Assembly (NCBI GenBank): GCA_030636025.1
Contig: DAOVXQ010000004.1
Location: 6,685-70,684 of the forward strand
Direction: 5' to 3'
From: an archaeon
GTDB taxonomy: Archaea; Nanobdellota; Nanobdellia; Pacearchaeales; GW2011-AR1
DNA length: 64,000 bases
Shown here: positions 48,927 to 57,029 of the stretch, piece after piece
How positions within the stretch are numbered: position 1 is the first letter of the stretch
Layout: each line of letters starts with the position of its first letter
The notes under the pieces: generated by a model
Told to the model about the DNA's origin: nothing
The model's database searches: none
What the model saw: only the letters and a program-made list of their open reading frames with translations
Program-made: the position numbers and the translations under genes

Positions 48927-49226
48927 TTGAGAAAAAAATTGTTAGAGGATTTTAAGTTGTCCTTAGAAAGTCAAAAATTTTCTGAGGATTATGTTGAAAA
49001 ATGTATGTTGGAGGTTAAATTGTTTTTAGAATTTTGCGGGGATTCTGAAAACATTATTAATATTAATCCTGCGGCGATAGAACAATATGCGGTTTATCTT
49101 GACGAAACCCAAAATTTTATGGCGGTTTGTAGAGCGATTGTTAGTGTGAAATCGTTTTACGATTTTTTGTATTCGAAAGGAGGAATTTCAGAACATCCTT
49201 TTGAAAGGGTCTTTAAAGAAGTATAA
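48927..49226 (+). CDS. stand-alone tyrosine-recombinase N-terminal (SAM-like core-binding) domain
   Basis: F...L.....S......V..FL.F ... IEQY..YL ... RAIVSVKSFYDFL......HP pattern of XerC/D N-termini; no catalytic domain. Confidence 0.7.
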   Translation: MRKKLLEDFKLSLESQKFSEDYVEKCMLEVKLFLEFCGDSENIININPAAIEQYAVYLDETQNFMAVCRAIVSVKSFYDFLYSKGGISEHPFERVFKEV

Positions 49227-49284
49227 TTTTAGTCGTTATTATGTAGGTTAATTTTTGGTTAAATTTCATTTTTAGGAGATTGTT

Positions 49285-49959
49285 ATGAAAAATTTTGTTA
49301 TGATTATGATTGTTGTTTTGTGTTTGGTAAATATGGGTTTTGCCGAGGGGGTTGAGGTAGAATCCTATTTAAAACTGGGAACTCTTGATTCCATGGAAAA
49401 GGATCGTTCATCTGCCTGTGCCCACAAGCTCATGGTCTGGATAGGGCTTAATTTTGTTTTTGGAGGTGAAACTCCTTTAAAGGCAATGATTAATGCTGAG
49501 ATGTGGACGATGGCAGAGCCAGTTGACCGGGATTTTGGGGTTCCTCATGATGGAATGATTCTTTCTGGGAGATTGAGTCATGATTTCAAATTGACCGAGG
49601 ATATTTTGATTTATCCTTTTGCCAGTGTCGGTTTTGAAAACTGGAGAAGGAATTCACCTGATGATGGAAATCAGGATGAATTTTATGGAGATTTGTGTTT
49701 CTTTAGTTTTAGTTTCGGAAACGGTTTGAAATACAAAAACTGGTATGCGGAAGCAGAAGGTTTTTTGCCGTTTTGGACTAAGACTGATAGCGGACAGAAA
49801 CCTGACGGCGAATGGGGGGGTGGTTTAAATGTCGGATATATTTTTGATGAATATGTCCGATGTGGGATGTTTTACACCCAAAAAAGTTTCGGAGGAGACG
49901 GAACCCAGACTGATTTTAAACTCAGCCAGTATGGGTTTTTTGTTGGTTATACTTTCTGA
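49285..49959 (+). CDS. outer-membrane beta-barrel-like protein
   Basis: Signal peptide, alternating amphipathic strands (YPFASVG, GLNVGYIF), C-terminal YGFFVGYTF ending in Phe. Confidence 0.8.
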   Translation: MKNFVMIMIVVLCLVNMGFAEGVEVESYLKLGTLDSMEKDRSSACAHKLMVWIGLNFVFGGETPLKAMINAEMWTMAEPVDRDFGVPHDGMILSGRLSHDFKLTEDILIYPFASVGFENWRRNSPDDGNQDEFYGDLCFFSFSFGNGLKYKNWYAEAEGFLPFWTKTDSGQKPDGEWGGGLNVGYIFDEYVRCGMFYTQKSFGGDGTQTDFKLSQYGFFVGYTF

Positions 49960-49997
49960 CATCTGTCGGGAGGTTTAAATTAGTTGGATAAATTATT

Positions 49998-50048
49998 GAG
50001 AGCCAGAAAATAGATTCCAAATGGATAATCTAAAATCTGGCTCTCTTT
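49998..50048 (+). terminator. stem-loop after the beta-barrel gene
   Basis: gagagccaga/tctggctctc with inner tagatt/aatcta. Confidence 0.7.
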
Positions 50049-50075
50049 GAATTAAGAAAATATTAAATTTCTCTA

Positions 50076-50404
50076 ACTCTCGCGAAAGGGGGTGATGCCT
50101 ATGATTGTTAAATCCTTAGGCGTGTGTTATTAATACTTTTACACTCAGATGACTAACTAGTCAGAAAGGAGTAACCGTGAAAAAATTAGTAATTGTTAAG
50201 AACAACAAAACGAAGAAAAGCAAGAGATGATTCAAGAAAGAACGGAGTCATCTTAAAAATGAAGCCACGAAAAAGGAGATCTTTAATTAGTGTCATAATT
50301 AGGATCTCGGGTAAAAATTTTATGGTGGGATGAAGAAATTCTGTCGAATAGAATTAGGAGAGTTAGGGTCATAAGATGAAAGTCTACCTAACTCTCCCAC
50401 CCAC
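50076..50404 (+). ncRNA. candidate large structured RNA (at least 7 stem-loops)
   Basis: Seven stems plus a closing helix (listed under findings); G-U pairs favour the + strand; no ORF over 17 aa with SD. Confidence 0.5.
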
Positions 50405-50482
50405 ATTTATTTGATTTAGAACTTTTATTTTTTTTGCAAATTTTTTGATTTGAACATATTTTTTTTGCAAAATTACTGAAAA

Positions 50483-50731
50483 TTAGTAGATATTTTTTCT
50501 AAGTCCTATTTTTATGACACTGATTATTAATTTATTTTCTATTATTTGATAAATTATTCTATAATTTTTAATTCTTAATCTAAATAGTCCTGTTAGTTTT
50601 CCGATTAGTGGTTTTCCAATCTGTGGGTTTTGTTTTAGTTCTAAGATTTTTTTAAGAATTTTATTTCTTTCAAATTTGTCAATTTTTTTAAGAAATATTT
50701 CTGCTTTTTTTTGAAAATATAATTTATACAT
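50483..50731 (-). CDS. RelE/ParE family toxin
   Basis: GKPLIGKLTGLFRLRIKNYRIIY...IGLRKNIY. Confidence 0.92.
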   Translation of the reverse strand: MYKLYFQKKAEIFLKKIDKFERNKILKKILELKQNPQIGKPLIGKLTGLFRLRIKNYRIIYQIIENKLIISVIKIGLRKNIY

Positions 50732-51002
50732 CTTGATTGTCTAATTCTTTTTTTAAATCTTCAAAACTTATACCATAATTTCCTTTTTCAATTTCTTCAA
50801 GAGATTCTGCAATGTCCCGCATTGTTTCAGGGTCTGACAGGACTTCAATAGTTTCAATTAGGTTTTCTCTATCTGTATCTGCAGGGTTTGTTTTTTGAAT
50901 AACTCTTTCTAATAATTCGTTGTAAGTTTCTCTATGATGAATTTTTAATGAATCTAATTTTGATTTTACTTTTGTGTCTAACTGAATTGTGGTTATTGCC
51001 AT
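50724..51002 (-). CDS. antitoxin (RHH-like N-terminus, RelB-like C-terminus)
   Basis: TTIQL..KLDSLK..RETYNE; ETIEVLSD; overlaps the toxin start. Confidence 0.85.
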   Translation of the reverse strand: MAITTIQLDTKVKSKLDSLKIHHRETYNELLERVIQKTNPADTDRENLIETIEVLSDPETMRDIAESLEEIEKGNYGISFEDLKKELDNQDV

Positions 51003-51017
51003 TTTTTTGTTCTTGCT

Positions 51018-51050
51018 CTATAGTTAACCATAGTTTAATATAGTTTATAA
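51018..51050. promoter_or_regulatory. ATAGTT direct repeats over the TA promoter (probable autoregulatory operator)
   Basis: ctatagtt-aaccatagtt-taatatagtt-tataaa. Confidence 0.5.
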
Positions 51051-51104
51051 AAGTTTTGGGTTGGGTTGTATATTTAGATAAAGTTTTATTAAGTAATTTA
51101 TTCT

Positions 51105-52532
51105 ATGTTATTTATGGAGAAAATAAAATCAGGGATAGAAATTCATCAGCAACTTGATACGCATAAATTGTTTTGTAGTTGTCCTTGTGTTTTGAGAAAA
51201 GATGAGCCGGATTTTGTTGTGCAGAGGAGATTGCATGCTGTTGCCGGGGAGGGTGGAGAGATTGATGTTGCTGCTAAGTTTGAAGCAGAACAGGAAAAAG
51301 AATTTATTTATCAAGGTTATGATACAACTTGTTTGGTTGAGATTGATGAAGAACCGCCTCATGAAATTAATCAGGATGCATTGGAAACTGTTTTGCATAT
51401 TGCTTTGCTTTTGAATTGCGAGATTTTGCCTATTAGTCAGATTATGAGAAAGACTGTTGTGGATGGTTCGAATACTTCTGGTTTTCAGAGGACGGTTTTG
51501 ATTGCTCGGAAGGGTTATGTTGAAACTGAATCTGGAAAAGTTAGAATTGATAATATTTCTTTAGAGGAGGATTCTGCGAGGAAGATAAAAATAGAGAAGG
51601 GCAGGACTATTTTTAGGTTGGATAGGTTGGGGATTCCTTTGGTTGAGATTGGAACTGCACCAGATATTACAAGTCCTGAACAGGCGAAGGAAGTTGCTTT
51701 GCATATTGGGGATGTTTTAAGGAGCTGCAAGGTTAAGCGAGGGATTGGAACGATTAGGCAGGATGTGAATGTTTCTATTGAGGGGCATCCTCGTGTTGAG
51801 ATTAAAGGTTTTCAGGATATTAAAATGTTTATTCCAACTATTGAAAAAGAAGTCGAGAGGCAGGAAAAAAATTTAGTTGGAAAAAAAGATTTGAGAGGCG
51901 AGGTTAGAAATGCTTTGCCGGATGGAAGCAGTGAATTTTTGAGACCTATTCCTGGGTCTGCGAGAATGTATCCTGAAACAGATTTGCCTTTGCTGAAAAT
52001 TTCAAGGCAAATGATTAATAATGCTAAAGCAAGTTTGCCGAAGTTAAGAAGAGAGATAGAAAAAGATTTGGAGAAGAAAGGGCTTTCAGAGGATTTGATT
52101 AAATTATTAATTCGCAGTGGGAGGTTGGATAGTTTTGAGAATTTGTTGAAGGTTGTTAATGAGCCGAATTTTATTTTTAAGGTACTGGTTGAAATTCCAA
52201 AAGAGATTGGGTCGCATGATGGAATTAAGAATATCGACGGTGTTTTAAATTTGGATATTGTTGAGAGTATTGTTTCTGCTGTTAAAGAAAATAAAATAGA
52301 AAAAGGAGATGTTAAACATGTTATGGAAGAGATTGTTAAAGGGAAAAGTTTTGCAGATGCGATTGAAATTGAGAAAATTGATTTAGGGGATGTTGAAAAA
52401 GAGATTGCGAAGTTGGTTAAAGCAAAACCAGGGTTGAGTGTTGGAGGATATATGGGCTTGGTGATGCAGAATTTTAAAGGAAAAGTTAGTGGGAAAGAGG
52501 TTAGTGAGATACTTAGAAAGTTGATTAAATAA
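51105..52532 (+). CDS. gatE: Glu-tRNA(Gln) amidotransferase subunit E (short, no AspRS-like insert)
   Basis: GIEIHQQL, DGSNTSGFQRT, LDRLGIPLVEI, RMYPETD; 475 aa. Confidence 0.96.
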   Translation: MLFMEKIKSGIEIHQQLDTHKLFCSCPCVLRKDEPDFVVQRRLHAVAGEGGEIDVAAKFEAEQEKEFIYQGYDTTCLVEIDEEPPHEINQDALETVLHIALLLNCEILPISQIMRKTVVDGSNTSGFQRTVLIARKGYVETESGKVRIDNISLEEDSARKIKIEKGRTIFRLDRLGIPLVEIGTAPDITSPEQAKEVALHIGDVLRSCKVKRGIGTIRQDVNVSIEGHPRVEIKGFQDIKMFIPTIEKEVERQEKNLVGKKDLRGEVRNALPDGSSEFLRPIPGSARMYPETDLPLLKISRQMINNAKASLPKLRREIEKDLEKKGLSEDLIKLLIRSGRLDSFENLLKVVNEPNFIFKVLVEIPKEIGSHDGIKNIDGVLNLDIVESIVSAVKENKIEKGDVKHVMEEIVKGKSFADAIEIEKIDLGDVEKEIAKLVKAKPGLSVGGYMGLVMQNFKGKVSGKEVSEILRKLIK

Positions 52533-53065
52533 ACTTATAAACAATTAAAATCTGAAATTTTAATGGGAATGAATTTAATTGAAAAAGTTGATAAGGCAAT
52601 ATTAAAAAATGCTGAATTGAATTTTAAGATAATTAGTGAGGTTCCTGATTTTAAAACTTTTATTAAGAATTATGAAGAGAGTATTTGTAAATTATATGGA
52701 AGAAATGTTGGGCATGAATATTCTGATGGAGTCTGGAGACAGAATGGAAAATTGTTTATTCCTTATCAATTGTTTTTTTCAGAGGGAAATGAAGAAGAAA
52801 TTTTAAACTCTGATTGTGTTTATATTCCTAAAGAAGTTGTTGATAAACTTTCATGTAATTTGGAAATTAAAGATAATGTAAAAATTATAGATGAACAAGG
52901 ACATCCAACTGCATTAGATATATTTGTAAATTATAAATGCTCTAAGGAATTAGATTTTTATATTGCAGTTAATTATCCGAAAGATAAAAAAAGAGGGGCA
53001 AATCAAAATAGAAAAAGGGAAGTTACTACAGGTCCACTTGAGGTTTAATTAAATAAACTTATAAA
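52524..53065. repeat. 18-bp direct repeat attaaataaacttataaa (52524-52541, 53048-53065)
   Basis: Covers gatE last codons, stop and TATA; brackets the orphan gene. Confidence 0.8.
52563..53048 (+). CDS. orphan hypothetical protein
   Basis: ORF track. Confidence 0.7.
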   Translation: MGMNLIEKVDKAILKNAELNFKIISEVPDFKTFIKNYEESICKLYGRNVGHEYSDGVWRQNGKLFIPYQLFFSEGNEEEILNSDCVYIPKEVVDKLSCNLEIKDNVKIIDEQGHPTALDIFVNYKCSKELDFYIAVNYPKDKKRGANQNRKREVTTGPLEV

Positions 53066-53086
53066 TACTGAATTCTGAGTAGGATT

Positions 53087-54361
53087 ATGATAAGGACATA
53101 TATTAAAGATGGGTTTAAGAAAAAAGGCAAGGTAGAATTAAAGGGGTGGGTGCATGATATTCGTGATTTAAGTAAAATTAAGTTTCTTATTTTAAAGGAT
53201 ATTAGTGGAAGAATCCAGTGTATTGTACTGCCTAAAGAATCTGGTGAAGAGATTTTTAAACAGGTTTCTAAAATAAATAGGGAGAGTGTTGTCAGGGTTG
53301 TTGGAGAGTTGCAGGATAGTAAACAGGCGATTGGGGGAAAAGAACTTTTGATTAAAGAATTAGAAGTAATTTCTGAAGCAGAACAGCCATTGCCAATTGA
53401 TGTTTCAGACCATTCTAAAACAGAGTTGCCTAAAAGATTGGATTATCGGTTTTTAGATTTGCACAGGCCTAAATCTCAGGCGATTTTTAAAATTGAATCT
53501 ACAATGATGCAGGCATATAGAGAATTTATGATTAAGGAAGGCGGGATTGAAGCTGTTTTTCCTTCTATAATTGGAAGTTCAAGTGAAGGTGGAACAGAAT
53601 TATTTCCTTTGAAGTATTTTGAGAAAAAAGCATTTTTATCTCAGAGCTGTCAGTTATATAAGCAGATGTTAGCTTGTTCAATGGAAAAAGTATTTACTAT
53701 TTTTTGTGTTTGGAGAGCAGAGAAGCATAATACTGTTCGGCATTTGAATGAAGCAAGACAGTTAGATTATGAGGAATGTTTTGCAGATGAGTTTAAGGTT
53801 ATGGATGTTTTGGCGAGGTGTGTTCAGTATATTGTTAAGAAGATTATGGATGAGAGGGGGGAGGAATTAGAATTGCTTGATGTTAAATTAAAAGTTCCTG
53901 ATGTTAAATATATGACTTTTGCTGATTGCACTAAATTAATGAAAAAAGAAAAAGTTCATATGGGAAAAGATGATTTATCTACTGAAGCTGAAAAGCGGTT
54001 GGGGGAGTTATATCCTGATACAATTGTGTTTGTTCATGACTGGCCCCTCGCTGGTAAGCCGTTTTATATTATGCCTAAAGGAGATGGATTAAGTGGGGGT
54101 TTTGATGCTATTTATAATGGTGTTGAGATTTCATCTGGTGGGCAGAGGGTTCATATTCCTGATTTATTAATTAAGAGATTAAAAGAAAAAGGTTTGAATC
54201 CTAAGGATTTTAAGGGTTATATTGATAGTTTTAGATATGGAGCCCCAGAGCATGCGGGGTGGGGTGTGGGATTAGAGAGGTTGATGACTCAAATTTTAGG
54301 TATTGCAAATATACGAGAGGTCACTTTGTTTCCTCGGGATAGGGATAGGTTAGGGCCTTAG
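53087..54361 (+). CDS. aspS: aspartyl-tRNA synthetase, archaeal type (probably non-discriminating)
   Basis: GWVH, RFLDL, LSQSxQLYKQ, EISSGGQR, GLER, LFPRD. Confidence 0.97.
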   Translation: MIRTYIKDGFKKKGKVELKGWVHDIRDLSKIKFLILKDISGRIQCIVLPKESGEEIFKQVSKINRESVVRVVGELQDSKQAIGGKELLIKELEVISEAEQPLPIDVSDHSKTELPKRLDYRFLDLHRPKSQAIFKIESTMMQAYREFMIKEGGIEAVFPSIIGSSSEGGTELFPLKYFEKKAFLSQSCQLYKQMLACSMEKVFTIFCVWRAEKHNTVRHLNEARQLDYEECFADEFKVMDVLARCVQYIVKKIMDERGEELELLDVKLKVPDVKYMTFADCTKLMKKEKVHMGKDDLSTEAEKRLGELYPDTIVFVHDWPLAGKPFYIMPKGDGLSGGFDAIYNGVEISSGGQRVHIPDLLIKRLKEKGLNPKDFKGYIDSFRYGAPEHAGWGVGLERLMTQILGIANIREVTLFPRDRDRLGP

Positions 54362-54411
54362 TGTTGTAACTAAGTAGTGATGAATTATAGAAAGGTTTAT
54401 AAATGAAAAAT

Positions 54412-54765
54412 TCTAAGATATTTTAATTTAAAATGATAAATAAAAAATTTCAATCAATAGGTGAAAAATCAGGCTACGATCGTCCTTTGGAAATTGGTTC
54501 AGTCGAAGATTTGACGCTATCTTTTGACTTAGTTAGAGGGCCTGATAAGGATAGAGGATTCATTCAGAATTATTTAAATGAACATGGTTTTACAGGTTTG
54601 GAGGTTTATCGAGATTTTCGAGCTTCTTCTGTTTTTGGTTTGATGTCTTTTAAGGATTATTTAGGAATAGTAAAAGTGGAAAATCAGGATGTTTTTCCAA
54701 ATATCAGTAATCCTCTTTTTGAAACAAATAAAAAAATCTAAAAAATTTTAATTTAAAATGACAAA
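54412..54765. repeat. 29-bp imperfect direct repeat over start codons (54412-54440, 54737-54765)
   Basis: tctaagatattttaatttaaaatgataaa vs tctaaaaaattttaatttaaaatgacaaa (26/29). Confidence 0.75.
54433..54741 (+). CDS. orphan hypothetical protein
   Basis: ORF after TATA box aaggtttataaa. Confidence 0.65.
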   Translation: MINKKFQSIGEKSGYDRPLEIGSVEDLTLSFDLVRGPDKDRGFIQNYLNEHGFTGLEVYRDFRASSVFGLMSFKDYLGIVKVENQDVFPNISNPLFETNKKI

Positions 54766-55759
54766 ATATGGAATAATTTCAGATGTGCATAATGACCCTC
54801 TGATAGTTGCACCTGCGATAAGTGTTTTGAAAAATCAGGGTGCGGAGAAATTGATTTTGAATGGAGATATTGGAAACTGCCAGCAATTTGTTGGAAGTGT
54901 TTTGCAAATTGCAGGAAAATCTGAATTAGAAACTTATGTTCAGCCAGGGAGCCATGAAAAATTAGAAGATTTTGAACCTGTTATTGATTTTTTTAAAAAT
55001 AAATATTCTAACTTAGTTAATTGTGTTGAGAATAATAAAATAAGTTGTAAGGGGCATGATTTGATTTTTATGCCTGGAAGTGATTTTAGTTGTGGTGGAG
55101 AGTATGTTTTGAGTATGCAAAATGGAAGAGAATCTGGATTTTATCAAACAGATAATGGGAATATAAGATTAACAAATATGAGTGATTTGAGCAAGTTGGT
55201 TACAAATCCTGATAAAACAATTGTTGTTTGTCATGTTCCGAGAAAATTTGATGATGTAGAAAATGGAGTTGATATTTCTCATTTTCATCAACAAAGAGTA
55301 TATCATAGAGATTTCAAAGAAAATCCAAATAGATACACTTATACAGAATTATTAGTTCAACCCGGAACAATTCCAAGACAACAAATTGAAAATCAGGGAA
55401 TTAGAACCTTTCGATTAGAAGATTCAGAAGATTATATTTTAAATACAACCCTTAAATTAATGAAAAAAGAAGATATGGAAAAAATAGTTGTTTCTGTAGA
55501 AAGAAACTTAAACAGAGGAAATAAAGATTTGAAAAAGGTTTATGAAGAATTAGGAATTAAAAAAGCTGTGAGCGGACATTTTCATGAGTCAGGGCATCGG
55601 GCTTGTGACTGGGATGGAAATTCTGTTGAAGAGGGAAAGAAAGTTGATGAATTATTTTGGAATTCGGGTTATTGTGATGTCGGGCAGGTTGGTATTTTAG
55701 ATGTTCAGGGTTCTGAAGTTAGTTATCAGAATATTAGATTGCAAGATTATATAAAGTAG
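54758..55759 (+). CDS. calcineurin-like metallophosphoesterase with insertion
   Basis: SDVH, GD, GSHE, HVP, GHFHE. Confidence 0.88.
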   Translation: MTKYGIISDVHNDPLIVAPAISVLKNQGAEKLILNGDIGNCQQFVGSVLQIAGKSELETYVQPGSHEKLEDFEPVIDFFKNKYSNLVNCVENNKISCKGHDLIFMPGSDFSCGGEYVLSMQNGRESGFYQTDNGNIRLTNMSDLSKLVTNPDKTIVVCHVPRKFDDVENGVDISHFHQQRVYHRDFKENPNRYTYTELLVQPGTIPRQQIENQGIRTFRLEDSEDYILNTTLKLMKKEDMEKIVVSVERNLNRGNKDLKKVYEELGIKKAVSGHFHESGHRACDWDGNSVEEGKKVDELFWNSGYCDVGQVGILDVQGSEVSYQNIRLQDYIK

Positions 55760-55776
55760 ATTTTTTTATTTTTATT

Positions 55777-56574
55777 ATGGTAAAGATTCTTGCGATTGGT
55801 GACCCTCACGGAGCAATTGATAAAATTAAAAAAATTCCTATAAAAAATATAGATTTAATTTTATGTTCTGGAGATTTAGGTAATGCAAATTTGGCTAGAA
55901 AACTTTTTTTTGAAAATATGGATAGACAAAAACAGGGGCTTAAAAAAAAGGAGGCCTCTAATTTGTTGAGAAAGAGAATGTACATGGAATCTTACAAAAG
56001 TTCTATTAAAGTTATAAAATATCTTGCTAAATATGTTCCTGTTTATTTGATTTATGGAAATGCAGATTATAATAATTCTGATGTCAAAAAAATTTCAAAA
56101 AAGATAGGATATGATTTACCATTTATGACAAATGATTTGAAGAAGATTGAGGGTGTTAAAATTATTAATAATCGTGTTGTTAATTTTAAGGGAATTAGAA
56201 TTGGAGGTTTAGAATATTTTATTGATACTAATTGGGTTAAAGATTTTACTCCAAAAGATAAGGATAAAATGGTGAGAGCTAAAAAAGAAACTTTGAAGGC
56301 GAAAAATCATTTGAAACATTTTAAGGATGTTGATATTTTATTATGTCATCAGCCACCTTATAGGGTTTTGGATAAAAAAGGTCCGGGAGGACCAAAAGGT
56401 TGGCAAGGAAAACATGCAGGAAGCAAAGTTATTTTAGATTATGTTAAAAAGAAACAACCAAAATTAGTATTATGCGGACATATGCATGAGGCAATGGGAA
56501 GAAAGAAGATTAGTAAAACAGAGGTCGTGAATTTAGGGGCGATGGGTGGTTATGCTGTTTTTGAATTTGATTAA
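55777..56574 (+). CDS. Icc-like metallophosphoesterase
   Basis: GDPHG, GDL, GNAD, HQPP, HAGS, GHMHE. Confidence 0.92.
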   Translation: MVKILAIGDPHGAIDKIKKIPIKNIDLILCSGDLGNANLARKLFFENMDRQKQGLKKKEASNLLRKRMYMESYKSSIKVIKYLAKYVPVYLIYGNADYNNSDVKKISKKIGYDLPFMTNDLKKIEGVKIINNRVVNFKGIRIGGLEYFIDTNWVKDFTPKDKDKMVRAKKETLKAKNHLKHFKDVDILLCHQPPYRVLDKKGPGGPKGWQGKHAGSKVILDYVKKKQPKLVLCGHMHEAMGRKKISKTEVVNLGAMGGYAVFEFD

Positions 56575-56604
56575 TTTTAAATAGGTTGCAATGTAATTCT
56601 TTTT

Positions 56605-56841
56605 ATGGTATTAGATAAAAAAAAGATTGAGAAAGAAGCCAAGCAGATTTTAGATAAGTTTGTTTCTGCACTTTTAAAAGTAGAGCGAGAAGATGAAGAA
56701 GGTTATATTGATAGGGATGTTTTTGAAAGGGCTGAGGATTCTGGAAAAGAATGTGAAAAAGATTTTAAAAAAAAGATATTGAAAAATGCTCCTGAAAGTA
56801 ATGATGATTTTATAATTGTTGAAAGAGGTGGGTGGAAATGA
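56605..56841 (+). CDS. gatC: amidotransferase subunit C (archaeal-type)
   Basis: EAKQILDKF...ILKNAP...FIIVERGGWK; upstream of gatA. Confidence 0.75.
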   Translation: MVLDKKKIEKEAKQILDKFVSALLKVEREDEEGYIDRDVFERAEDSGKECEKDFKKKILKNAPESNDDFIIVERGGWK

Positions 56842-57029
56842 ATGTTGAGGGAATAATGAATAGATATGGTTTAGGGGTAGAGATTGCAAGAGTTTTGGTA
56901 GAGTCTTATGGGGTTTCGGGTAACCCTCGGGAATATGGATTTTATAGACAGAAAATGTTTGATGCAGGGCTTACGACTTGTGGTTTGGAAAATGCTTTAA
57001 ATTGTTTGGATGTTATATTTAAAAAATGA
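56838..57029 (+). CDS. orphan small protein between gatC and gatA
   Basis: ATGA overlaps at both ends. Confidence 0.6.
   Translation: MNVEGIMNRYGLGVEIARVLVESYGVSGNPREYGFYRQKMFDAGLTTCGLENALNCLDVIFKK

Larger units (their letters stand above)
42186..50460 (+). mobile_element. horizontally acquired island with bacterial-style expression signals
   Basis: All credible ORFs on +, low coding density, GAAAGGA/AGGAG SDs, stem-loop terminators, visibly higher-GC large gene; no intact integrase. Confidence 0.7.

Noticed and set aside
42843-50048. Island hairpins as integron attC sites
   Set aside because: No RYYYAAC...GTTRRRY boundaries in the proper order and no IntI; several have T tails typical of terminators
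50146-50168. Hammerhead ribozyme look-alike (cagatga...gaaa)
   Set aside because: Core is CAGAUGA rather than CUGANGA and stem geometry does not fit
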